A DNA stretch of 40,318 nucleotides, taken from positions 71,233-111,550 of the forward strand of contig JAVCCJ010000121.1 in NCBI GenBank assembly GCA_030765585.1, written 5' to 3'. The translations under genes were made by a program, and so were the position numbers. Origin of the DNA: Candidatus Zapsychrus exili (lineage in GTDB: Bacteria > Omnitrophota > Gorgyraeia > Zapsychrales > Zapsychraceae). Positions 1 through 9,900 of the stretch are shown one piece after another. Under the pieces are notes generated by a model. That model ran no database searches. It was not told the origin of the DNA and saw only the letters and a list, made by a program, of their open reading frames with translations. Numbering within the stretch: the first letter of the stretch is position 1; every line of letters begins with the position of its first letter.

Positions 1-3000
1 AAAGATAGAGCTATACAAGAAGGAACATTGTCTGAAGATCCTGCAGATATATTAGAGAGAAAGATTGATAAGCTAGAAGCCTTAGAAGCACTTTATCAAG
101 AAAGATTAGCAATTCTTCAAGCAATAAATGCATTAGGGTTAAGCATTTATACAAATGATGTCGCAAACGATAGAGAAAAGATTATTGATTTTGAGAAGAA
201 GATGGCGCTTCAAGCATTAAAGACAGTTGAAGATAGAACAGGTTTAGATAAAGCTGCTCTTAAAGAAGTTTTAGGAAGCCTAACAGGGTTATTAAATGCT
301 GCACAAATGGAACTTATAGAGAAGCAAGAATATGCAAGGATAAAGAAAGAAACAGAAGCAGCATTAGAGAGCTTAGAAGATAAGTATACTGCTTATATAG
401 AATCTATTAGAGAATACAATAAATCATTAGAGGCAACTAAAGAAGAAATATTTAATAGCTATATAGCTACATTAGAAGGCGAAGAAATAGATGTTGATGT
501 TGTATTAGCATTTGAAGCGTTCTTTGTAAAATTGGAAAAATCAATGCCTGTCTTAGAGCAAATAGGAAATACAATTTATTATTACGGAAATTCAGTTGCT
601 AATTTGGTTACAATTGGCGGACAAAATTCTGCTGATATGAATGAATCGACTTGGACTAATGTTAAAGATGTTGAAGGTTTAAAGAAAATTATCAATAACT
701 CTCAACAATATTCTATATTTGATGAAAACTTCGAGATTTATTTTGGTACAGTTCAAGCAACAGTAGATGGCGCTAAAAACAATCGTTATTTTGTTATGAG
801 CATTCCTTTATCTGATAAAAATTCAACAGAGATATTACACAGATTTGCACTTGGTTCAATGCAAAGCTCATGGTTTGAAGTTGATGCAGCTACAATTATG
901 AATGAAGAGCCAAGTGTAGCAGCTAAAAAAGATCATGCTGTATTAATTATTGATACTTTTGGATATAAAGGCGACAAATTCTTCGCTGGTGTTGTAGGCG
1001 CGATGAAAGTTAGTACAAGCTCTGATAATGTAATAGCAGCTGTTGAAGGTATTTTAGATTATGAAATCTCAAGTAAAAGCAGACTTATCTTAGAACTTGG
1101 TTATGGATATGCATCTAAAGATGAAACAAGAACAGTAAAATTATATGATCCTATAACAAATCAAGAGATGTTTAGTGAAGATATAAGATTGTCAAATAGT
1201 GACAATTTTGATTCAGAAAAACTTACGTTTAGACATAGCTTTGGAGATAATGTTTCTCTTGATCTTGCCTTAAACAGAGTACATGAAGATGATTTTATGG
1301 ATATCTTTGAAGAGCAAACAGCTATATTCGGTTCAACTGGAATTCAAATGCATTTTGGAGAGTTCCAACTATCAGCAGAACAAGCATTTGATCATAAAGG
1401 CCTAGTTGATAGAAATGCGATAAAAGCTCGTTGGGGTAGAGTAAGTGGTGGGTTTGCTAATATAGAAGGAACACAAACTTATAATGCAGGAGTTGATGTT
1501 ATAAAGACTGATAAGAGCAGAGTTTACTTTGGATATAGAAAAGATGTAAGAGGAAACGATGCATTTAATTTGTCAGCTGCACATAGAGTATCTGATGGTA
1601 TCACATTAAATGGTGGGTTAAACACATCTGATGGAAAGAAATTCTTAGGCTCATTAGGTGCGACATTAGATTTAATTCGTTTTGGAAAGAGCAAAGATAA
1701 AGGCCCTCTTCTTTCTATCACAGTAGATAAAACAAAAGCAGATAATGAAATCTTCCCAGAAGGATTAGATCATAATGCAGCTGAAGGTGAGTATAGAGTA
1801 GAGATAGAAGGATATAAAGATATCTCAACTATTAAGAGCACAGAAGTTGTTGGAACAGATGATCAAGTTCAGTTCGGTTTAGAGGCTATGAAGATATCTC
1901 TTGAGAATATAATAGGTCGTTATATAAATGAGAATGTAGAGTTAGGTCGTGCTACTTTAGAATCACTATCTAACTTACCTGCAGCAAACATATTTGGTGG
2001 AGCAATATTCTTTGATGGTCAAATGCCAAAAGCATTAACAGGAAAAGAGATGAGCTTAGCAGTTAATATAGGTTCTGATGAAGCTCTTAATAGCCCATAT
2101 ATAGGATATTTAGGTGGAGCTGGATATTATTTAAGAGTACCTGTAAATGGAAGAATGCATAGTATATCTCTTGGAAACAGCTCAGAGGTTATGGTTATAT
2201 TACCAGAGACTTTAAGAAAATATTCTGATGTTACTGATATGACAAGCGAGTATCCAGTATTGGTTGAATCAAGCATTCCAACCGCAGAAAGAGTGGGACA
2301 TTATTTAAGTAATTATGGTTATATGTCAGTTGCAGGAGTTGGATTTGTTGAAATAACAGAGAACGTGATAAATGCTTTAACTGATGCAAGCGTATCTAAT
2401 GGAACGCTTCGTAATTGGGAAACGATACATAATCTTACATACAATGGAGCTGATCTAAGTGGAGCACATATTGAATATGGTCTTTTAGGAATATCAGCAT
2501 TTGAAGCTAGAGCAGACGCAAGATATGGCGTGCCAACAAAGAGCGGAGTTATTTATTTAACAGAAGCACAAGCAGATGCTAGAGCAGAAGAACTTGGATT
2601 AGCTTGGTCTCAAAAGTTAGGTTCAAGCGTTACTGATAATTATATTTTCTCAGTTCCTGCTCAAGGAATTGATTATGTGATAGCAGATGATATTTTTGTA
2701 GATACTTATAATAGAGAAAGAATAGCCGCTAAGTTGCCAAAGGATTATGTGGGTAAGAGTAAGTATATTTGGATAGATAATGCTGAAATTTCACGTGCTC
2801 ATGTTTTCACTTTGAAAAGCTTAGCAAAAGATTTTGATAATATAAGAAAAAATGCTGCTCATATTATGAGAATAGGCAGAAAAGGCAACACCATTGAAAG
2901 ATTCTATTTAGGCGCAGATTTCTGGAGCACAAAGGTAGAGATAATAGATAATAGCAAAAATTATAATAATATTTATGATATGGAAAATTATATTATTAAG

Positions 3001-6000
3001 GTTGGTCAGTTAGATACATTTAAGCAAGATCTTCAAAAAGAAGTAGATGTTCTACAAAAACAAATAGATGAAATTAATAGAAAGATAAATAGTGGAGTTA
3101 ATGATCCTGCTAAATCAAGGGCAGGCCATACAGAAGCAGATGTAAATAGAGAAGCAAGAGCTCTAATAACAAGCGGAGTTACATCTAACGCTAGCAGAGG
3201 TTGGGCAAAAGCAACTGAAAATGATAAGTGGGTTTCTGATGTAATTAAATATTACACAAAAATAAATTCAGAGGTTAAAGCTCAAAAATTAGATAGCCTT
3301 GTAGATGCAGGTTATGTAAGAGCAGGTCCAATGGTAACAGCTTATGGAGCAAACGTAATTGTTGCGAATAATGAATACGTACTTATTGCCACAAATGATA
3401 ACCCTTCAATGGATGCTACATTAGTACACGAATCTAATGGCGGCACTCACCTAGAAAATCTACAAGCAGAATTAGCTTATCTAGAAGCAAAATTAGGTCC
3501 TATACAAAGAAAATTAGTTGGTTTAGAAGCTACTAAAGAAGATAGTGATGCTGTTGTGTCAACAACATCTAAGACAGAAATAGATGTAGATGGTAATTTA
3601 CGCATAACAATTGCAAATATATTATGGAACACAGAAATAATAGAAATTCGTGATTCTAAAACAGGTAAGTTGATGAGAAAAGAACTGCCATTATCTAAAG
3701 AAATCGTACACTACGATGTTGAAACAGGGAATGAAACATATGTAACAGATTTAGATAATAAGGAAGGCATCGCACTTAATATAAATGGAACAATAGTAAG
3801 CAATGTAGTTGGAGTATTTAATATAGCAGAAACAATAGATTCTGTTGGTAATAACATTAAGATTGTTAGCTTTGTTAATACAAGAAGTTTCACAGATGCA
3901 ATTTTATCTGAATGTGACAATTATGCTTCAATAAGAAGAACCACGTATTATAGCGATGGTAGCATTTATAGAGATGAGACAGGTTTTACCACTATATTAA
4001 AACAAACTGAAAACACAGTAGAAGGTATGTTTGAGAATGTAAATGAGTATGATTTTAGAAATAGAGATACATATATAGACAGAGGATATGCTTTTCCTAC
4101 TAGAGAAGTTGAAACTAGGACAAATGGAGAATGGTTTAAGCTTCACGACATTATTAGAAAAGGGGATCTAAAACTAGAAGACATAGAAGTTATAGATTTT
4201 AATAAATTAATAGCAAATGAACCTATTTTTATAGCTTTTAATGCTTTAGGTATTGATTCTGCAACTATTCTTAATTTAACAGATGTAATAACCGTAGATG
4301 ATATACATACTTTCGATTTTAGAAAGCCATACGATCCTCAAGAAAGAAAAATAATCTCAGTTCGTCAGGAACAAGGACAAGTTATTGAGATAATTGTTGG
4401 CGTTGAATTTGATCCAAGAACAGGTGAGGTTGTTAAGTCTTATAAATTAACATCAGATTATCGAATAAAAGGTATGTTTGTAACAGAAAAAGAAAAGGTT
4501 AGAGCTGAAAAGATTTTCGGAGAATATAAAGAAGTTTATGCAAGTGCGGTTAATGATAGGTTCCCAGAGGAGTCATTAAATACATTAGAAAAATATCTTG
4601 AAGCCTCTGGAATTGCATTATGCTCTGATTTAATAGTTGTTAATGAGTATCCAGCGCTATTAGTTACAGACAATGAAACAAGTAACAGTACATATACAAA
4701 TATTTTTGGTAGAGCTCTTAAGCATTACTTAATTCCTAATGATAGCAGGGGTCGTGATATAGCGGTATTGTACCCTAGCAAAGATTTAGGTATTAATCTA
4801 TGGTCTTTTGAAGGAAGAGATATTAAAGTTCGTTATAACGGTGACGAGCCAAAAAGCTTTAAAACAAAAGTAGGTACAAATCCAGGTGTCATATCAGTAA
4901 ATGCTAACGAAAGAAATATGTTACAAGGTGTACAAATCTATAAAGCAGCTGATATAGAAGAAGAAGCATTTAACGTTGAGTTAAGAGGCAAAAATAAAGA
5001 AGGAGAGCTAAACAAGGGTGATGTTGTAGCAACAGTTACAGGCGGAAAAGGAGAAATGCTTAAAGTTAAATACGCAAATGGACTTAAGGTTGAAGGTTAT
5101 GAGTATTTAGTTCTTGATTCAAAATTTAAACGTAGCGTTGTTTATACTCTAGGTGGTCGATTATTAGCAGAGAAGTTTGCTTATGTGGTATCGCAAGTAG
5201 CCAAAAAAGAACTAAGTGTTGCAACCAACGGAGAAGAAATTATGATCTTTGATGTTTCTTCCCCTATTAGATTGCCTATACAGTCATATTTAATGAATGG
5301 AACTTTAGAAGACGGAACTGTATTAAAAGTCTTTGCGGATCAAGATTTCAGCATTGATTCAACAGGTGAGTTTAATAGACAAAAGAATGTGTTCGTAGTA
5401 AATGAAGCTGAAGGTTTAGCTCCAGATCAATTCTATTCGCACGAATATACGTATTTAGATGATGAACTGCAAAACAAATCTAGATATAAAATGTTTGAAC
5501 AATGGCTTAACCATACGCAAGCTTGGAGAATATTCGGAACTATCATTAGTGTCTACATTGGCATTGTAGTCCTTTCTGGATTAATAGCTCGTATTATTAA
5601 ACGTATAATTTTACGCTTTAGAGCTAACGACAAGAAAGCAGATCCTAACGTAGTACAAAAATATAGTCTTGATGATATAGAGAAATATGTAGCAACTATT
5701 GATGATTTTGCTGGATTTGGTTTTAATGAGGGAACAATAAAGCAGATAAAGAACAATCTTAAGGCTTTAATTGAAAGAAGATTAAAAGCAGGAGAGTCTT
5801 TTGAAGAGATATTTGGTGAATTCTTTGATAGATTTGTTAATGTTTGGTTTATTCCAGTTATGACAAAGAAAGTTGCTATAAAAAATGCAGATGGTAGCAA
5901 AGATAAGAAAACAAGCCTTTTATCTGATACAGAAGCTAAAGAAACATTAGAGAAAATAGGTTATGGATTAGACGGTAAACAAGATTTTGATGAAGATAAG

Positions 6001-6555
6001 ATTAATGAATATCTTAAGAATATGTATATTTATAATCTTGTTAATACGTCAGCGGATAAGCTTGCGCATGTAACGATGGTACATAACTACTTCTTCTATA
6101 AATCATTACAATGGAAAGACGGAGAAACACAAGGTAAAAATATTGATAGAAATAATTTTGGTCAACATTTAGTTGAAAAACATTATGATCTATGGTCAAT
6201 ATTATTATTGATAACAACAACAGCTTCTAAGTTTATAACAAAGCATAGCACTATTCATCAAAATGATGTTGAGGCATATTTTAAAACTCCAGGCTTTATA
6301 AGATTCTATGAAAATGGTGGAAGAAAAGCAATTAATGAGTATCTTGTTGATGCTGCTGTAGATATATTCGAAGCTTTTGATGGTGATAATTACAAGAAGT
6401 CAACAGCAGAGGCATTAAGACAAAATGCATATGATTATATAAGAAGTGGTTTCATGTTCTTAAAAAGCCAGCTAAAGGAAATGAAAAAGCAAAAAACAAG
6501 CAATAGAAAAAGCCTCTATAAACAAGATTTTGCCAAAAGCTTATCCAGACATTAA
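1..6555 (+). CDS. Giant multidomain protein, segment 1 (5' truncated): coiled coil, beta-barrel-like region, RAGP/HE module, beta-rich extracytoplasmic region, TM helix, FKS1 N-terminal domain
   Basis: Frame 1 is open from base 1 (aaa gat aga gct ata caa gaa gga aca ttg), so the TTG at 28 is probably not the start. The ORF runs over 2175 codons, and its last ~280 aa resemble the FKS1/callose synthase N-terminal domain, which continues in the next frame. Confidence 0.9.
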   Translation, partial: KDRAIQEGTLSEDPADILERKIDKLEALEALYQERLAILQAINALGLSIYTNDVANDREKIIDFEKKMALQALKTVEDRTGLDKAALKEVLGSLTGLLNAAQMELIEKQEYARIKKETEAALESLEDKYTAYIESIREYNKSLEATKEEIFNSYIATLEGEEIDVDVVLAFEAFFVKLEKSMPVLEQIGNTIYYYGNSVANLVTIGGQNSADMNESTWTNVKDVEGLKKIINNSQQYSIFDENFEIYFGTVQATVDGAKNNRYFVMSIPLSDKNSTEILHRFALGSMQSSWFEVDAATIMNEEPSVAAKKDHAVLIIDTFGYKGDKFFAGVVGAMKVSTSSDNVIAAVEGILDYEISSKSRLILELGYGYASKDETRTVKLYDPITNQEMFSEDIRLSNSDNFDSEKLTFRHSFGDNVSLDLALNRVHEDDFMDIFEEQTAIFGSTGIQMHFGEFQLSAEQAFDHKGLVDRNAIKARWGRVSGGFANIEGTQTYNAGVDVIKTDKSRVYFGYRKDVRGNDAFNLSAAHRVSDGITLNGGLNTSDGKKFLGSLGATLDLIRFGKSKDKGPLLSITVDKTKADNEIFPEGLDHNAAEGEYRVEIEGYKDISTIKSTEVVGTDDQVQFGLEAMKISLENIIGRYINENVELGRATLESLSNLPAANIFGGAIFFDGQMPKALTGKEMSLAVNIGSDEALNSPYIGYLGGAGYYLRVPVNGRMHSISLGNSSEVMVILPETLRKYSDVTDMTSEYPVLVESSIPTAERVGHYLSNYGYMSVAGVGFVEITENVINALTDASVSNGTLRNWETIHNLTYNGADLSGAHIEYGLLGISAFEARADARYGVPTKSGVIYLTEAQADARAEELGLAWSQKLGSSVTDNYIFSVPAQGIDYVIADDIFVDTYNRERIAAKLPKDYVGKSKYIWIDNAEISRAHVFTLKSLAKDFDNIRKNAAHIMRIGRKGNTIERFYLGADFWSTKVEIIDNSKNYNNIYDMENYIIKVGQLDTFKQDLQKEVDVLQKQIDEINRKINSGVNDPAKSRAGHTEADVNREARALITSGVTSNASRGWAKATENDKWVSDVIKYYTKINSEVKAQKLDSLVDAGYVRAGPMVTAYGANVIVANNEYVLIATNDNPSMDATLVHESNGGTHLENLQAELAYLEAKLGPIQRKLVGLEATKEDSDAVVSTTSKTEIDVDGNLRITIANILWNTEIIEIRDSKTGKLMRKELPLSKEIVHYDVETGNETYVTDLDNKEGIALNINGTIVSNVVGVFNIAETIDSVGNNIKIVSFVNTRSFTDAILSECDNYASIRRTTYYSDGSIYRDETGFTTILKQTENTVEGMFENVNEYDFRNRDTYIDRGYAFPTREVETRTNGEWFKLHDIIRKGDLKLEDIEVIDFNKLIANEPIFIAFNALGIDSATILNLTDVITVDDIHTFDFRKPYDPQERKIISVRQEQGQVIEIIVGVEFDPRTGEVVKSYKLTSDYRIKGMFVTEKEKVRAEKIFGEYKEVYASAVNDRFPEESLNTLEKYLEASGIALCSDLIVVNEYPALLVTDNETSNSTYTNIFGRALKHYLIPNDSRGRDIAVLYPSKDLGINLWSFEGRDIKVRYNGDEPKSFKTKVGTNPGVISVNANERNMLQGVQIYKAADIEEEAFNVELRGKNKEGELNKGDVVATVTGGKGEMLKVKYANGLKVEGYEYLVLDSKFKRSVVYTLGGRLLAEKFAYVVSQVAKKELSVATNGEEIMIFDVSSPIRLPIQSYLMNGTLEDGTVLKVFADQDFSIDSTGEFNRQKNVFVVNEAEGLAPDQFYSHEYTYLDDELQNKSRYKMFEQWLNHTQAWRIFGTIISVYIGIVVLSGLIARIIKRIILRFRANDKKADPNVVQKYSLDDIEKYVATIDDFAGFGFNEGTIKQIKNNLKALIERRLKAGESFEEIFGEFFDRFVNVWFIPVMTKKVAIKNADGSKDKKTSLLSDTEAKETLEKIGYGLDGKQDFDEDKINEYLKNMYIYNLVNTSADKLAHVTMVHNYFFYKSLQWKDGETQGKNIDRNNFGQHLVEKHYDLWSILLLITTTASKFITKHSTIHQNDVEAYFKTPGFIRFYENGGRKAINEYLVDAAVDIFEAFDGDNYKKSTAEALRQNAYDYIRSGFMFLKSQLKEMKKQKTSNRKSLYKQDFAKSLSRH
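940..1680 (+). other. Amphipathic beta-strand region, possible outer-membrane beta-barrel domain
   Basis: Alternating hydrophobic, Gly and aromatic strands with short turns: LILELGYGY, LTFRHSFGDNVSLDLAL, FGSTGIQMHFGEFQLSAE, TYNAGVDV, VYFGYRKD, FNLSAAHRVSDGITLNGGL, FLGSLGATLDL. Confidence 0.5.
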
Positions 6556-9500
6556 GACAACAAAATATGGATTCTTAGGTTGGGTTCGCATGATATCTCA
6601 ATTTAAATGGATTTTTGTAGTGCTTCATATGACTATTCTTCTTGCATCTTTTGGAGCTTCTCTAACACAACCAATACACACTGTTATTGCAAATAAAGAA
6701 TTGTTAGTAGCTGCGCTTAACAATTGGTATCCATACGCACTTGTTGCTTTAGGAGTTATAGCTTTTATTCAATTTGTTATTTGGTTAATAAATAAGAAAA
6801 CTAAGCAAAAAGATCTGTTAGAAAATCATTGGGGCGATATGGTTCTTCCTTCTGAAGGTAGAAACAAAGATCGCGTTGAAGGAACCGGCGCACGTAAAAC
6901 TAAATCAGCTTTCATAATGATGACAACATTAATTACTAAGCTTATTTTTAATGCATATATTTTCCAATGGATTGCTCCTGGTTTACAAGTTTTAGCAGAA
7001 AGCAATTGGCTTGTATCTTGGGGTGGATGGGCATTAGTTGCTGTCCCTGCATTATTTATGCTTATTGTTATGTTGCTAGATATTTTTGCTTACTTCTATA
7101 TAGTAGAAGGATTTTTAGGTTATGTTCTTGCAAAGTGGGAAGGAGTTAATCGTATTAAATCATGGAATAGATCAGCTGCGGGAACTGCTTTACGGAATAT
7201 ATCTATTATGACAGTTATAGGATTAGTAATTTTTATTCAGCCTCTTGATTTAAGCTTTGGTCAATGGATTATACAAAATCCTGTATACAACATTGCTGGA
7301 TTTGTCGTTGGTGGAGCTGTATTGTTAACAGTTGCCAATATTATTCTTAAGAGTTTTGGTATTTCTCAAATTGGTGGAGATACAGTATCAGAGATGTTTG
7401 AGAAAGCAGGAAAGAAATTCGAAGAAAATATACTTCCGCCATCTTATGTTAACAGAGCAGGGGTAAGACAAATATTAACTGGTGAACAAAGAAAAGTTGC
7501 TTGGGCAAAGGCATGGAACATGATTGTAAGGCAATATTTATTAGATGATTTAATCTCTATTGAAGAAGCCAAAATGATGATATTTGTTTTAGGTATAAGC
7601 GGAAAAGACGTTTCAGTAGATAAAGATACATCAAAGTTATCAGAAGATGAATTAAATAGTTTAGCAGGTATTGGACCTGACAAATATGATTTCTTGAATG
7701 GAAAAATCAAAAGATCGCCAGACTTAAGAAACATTAAGCCACGTAATAAACAAGTTCAATCTCGTATTAAATTCTTCTTATCTACTCTATTTATGGATAT
7801 AGACCAAACTCCTGTTTGGGAGAGAATGTATATGCTGACCACAGCTATGCCTCAGTTTGAAGAAGTTATTATGTATCCATTTAGTCAATATACTGTAGGC
7901 GAATATGATGGGCTTAATTCAAAATATAAAACAGGACATACATTCTTAACATATTTTATGAATAAGCATTCTTTAGAATGGGATAATTTCAGAGCAAGAT
8001 TAACGAGAGAAATCGAGCAAGAAAAAGATTTTATTAAGAAAGCTAAGAAGAAAGCTGATTTGATATTATTAAATAATCTTAAGCCTGGAGAGAAATTAGG
8101 AAATTATAATCCTGCAACTCTTGATTATGAAATGAATAGTATGGATATTCAACAAGAAGTACGCCTATGGTTGTCTTTTAGATATCAACCTTTAGCAAGA
8201 AGTATCCGCGGTATGATGAATAATCGTCAAATGTATGTATTTCTTGCAAAGGTTAATTTCCCAACAACTGGAAGCTTTATAAACAATAAGAATGAAATTG
8301 AATCAAAGATAGCAAAATATAAAACACAATCTTATGAACAAAATATTGATGAAATTGTTGATGCAAAATATGAATTCTTACCAGGTCTTCAAATTTATGG
8401 AGAATCAAAAGAAGCAGTAGTAAAGAACACAGAAGAAGGTAAGAGCAAATATCGTTTTTATAAAAATTATCTTATTTTTAATGATGCAAATTATCTGCTT
8501 AAGAAATATAAACATTTTAAAGCAGCTTATCTAATGATAGGCAAAAATAAGAGTGGTGGCGTTGTTCGTTATGCAGAAGAAAAGCCAGAAAATAAAGAAG
8601 ATATTTTCTATGAGTTTAGTGCAGAAGAAGGTGGTGGATATATAGTAAGAGATAGTTATATGCCGCTTTCAAGTCATCCATTCTCACTCCAAGGTAAGCC
8701 TATGAATCAAAGTAATATCTTAAGATTTGCTCGTGGCGAGATTGTCCAGATGATGGATATGAATCAAGATATGTATTTAGAAGAAACATTTAAAGCCCCA
8801 AGTTTGATGGAAGAATTTAGAAAACAATCACGTTTAGCAATCGTTGGCTATCCTGAAGATATTTTTACAGGTGTTTCTTCTCCTGCTGGTGCAGTTCACG
8901 CTTATGGTGATCACACATTTTCGACACTTATTCAGCGAGTACTTGATTTTGCAGGCGTTCGTTATCATTATGGTCACCCTGATTTTGTTAGAGCAATGTC
9001 CTTTAAACAACTTGGACTTTTAAGCCAACCATGGGTTAATGAAGATATTTTTGGAGCTTATAAGGGAACATTATATGGTGAAAAAGTTATAAATAGAGAA
9101 ATTATGCAAGCTGCTAAAGGTAGAGAGGGCGTTTATGCTGGCTTATTAGGAATTTCTGATAAATTTGGCGCTGGAGCTGGCGAACAATCTGTTTCTTTTG
9201 AAATTTCTTTACACAATACAAGTTCTGTTATTGGCTTTTCTAGACAGTTTATTCATTTTGTTGCTTCTATCGGATACTTTATAAGAAAACCACTTGTTGT
9301 TTTACAAAACAATCTTTACATTTTAACAGTTGTGCTTTTTGGTATTAGTTTCTTTGCAGCGTTTCCAGATGAATTGATTTTTGGTTTAATCGGATTATTA
9401 TTATCTCAAGCCATTACTGCAACAGGATACTTCCAACTTGTTATTGAAAATGGATTCCTTAGAGGAACATTGAAATTTATGAATGTTTTCCCTAAAGCTG

Positions 9501-9900
9501 CGGTTATCTATCAATCATTAGTTTATAATGCTTTTTCAACAGGTTTCCAGAAAGCTATGGTTAATAATGGAGATTATATTAAGACAGGACGTAGGCCAGG
9601 ACGCGACCACGTACATCCGTTTATGGATACAAAAGGAATAGAAGATCAAGGGCAACAAGATCTTTATTTCTTCTTAAATAAAGCTAATTTCCCTAAAGTT
9701 GTTTATGCCACTATTTTAGCTATAGTAGGTCTTTTCCTATGGCGATCATGGGGTAGCATTTGGTCGATTTTCCCTGTTCTTATGGTTTTTGCATCATTAA
9801 TGGCCCCAGTATTAATTAACCCTGGGTCTACGCCAGTTACAATTAGCACAAAAAGATGGTGGAAACAGCATAAAAGAGATGGTAAGAAGTTTGTTGAAAA
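5690..9900 (+). other. FKS1/callose synthase-like 1,3-beta-glucan synthase (GT48), spanning the frameshift
   Basis: Collinear motif matches to FKS/CalS consensus as recalled: FGFNEG (FGFQKD), HQNDVEAYF (NYDDLNEYF), AWNMIVRQYLLDDLIS (WNEIIxSFREEDLIS), RIKFFLSTLFMD (RISFFxNSLFMD), EWDNF, RLWLSFRYQPLARSIRGMM (RLWASYRGQTLxRTVRGMM), GKPMNQ at 8693 (GKPENQ), RGEIVQMMDMNQDMYLEE, RYHYGHPD at 8960, NEDIF with ED at 9041 (SEDIF), KGRE, KFGAGAGEQ, YIKTGR, APVLINP. Confidence 0.93.

Noticed and set aside
3560..5450. RHS/YD-repeat region
   Set aside because: Scattered D-x-x-T-G turns (DSKTGK, DVETGN, DPRTGE) occur, but there is no regular YD periodicity and no RHS core motif.
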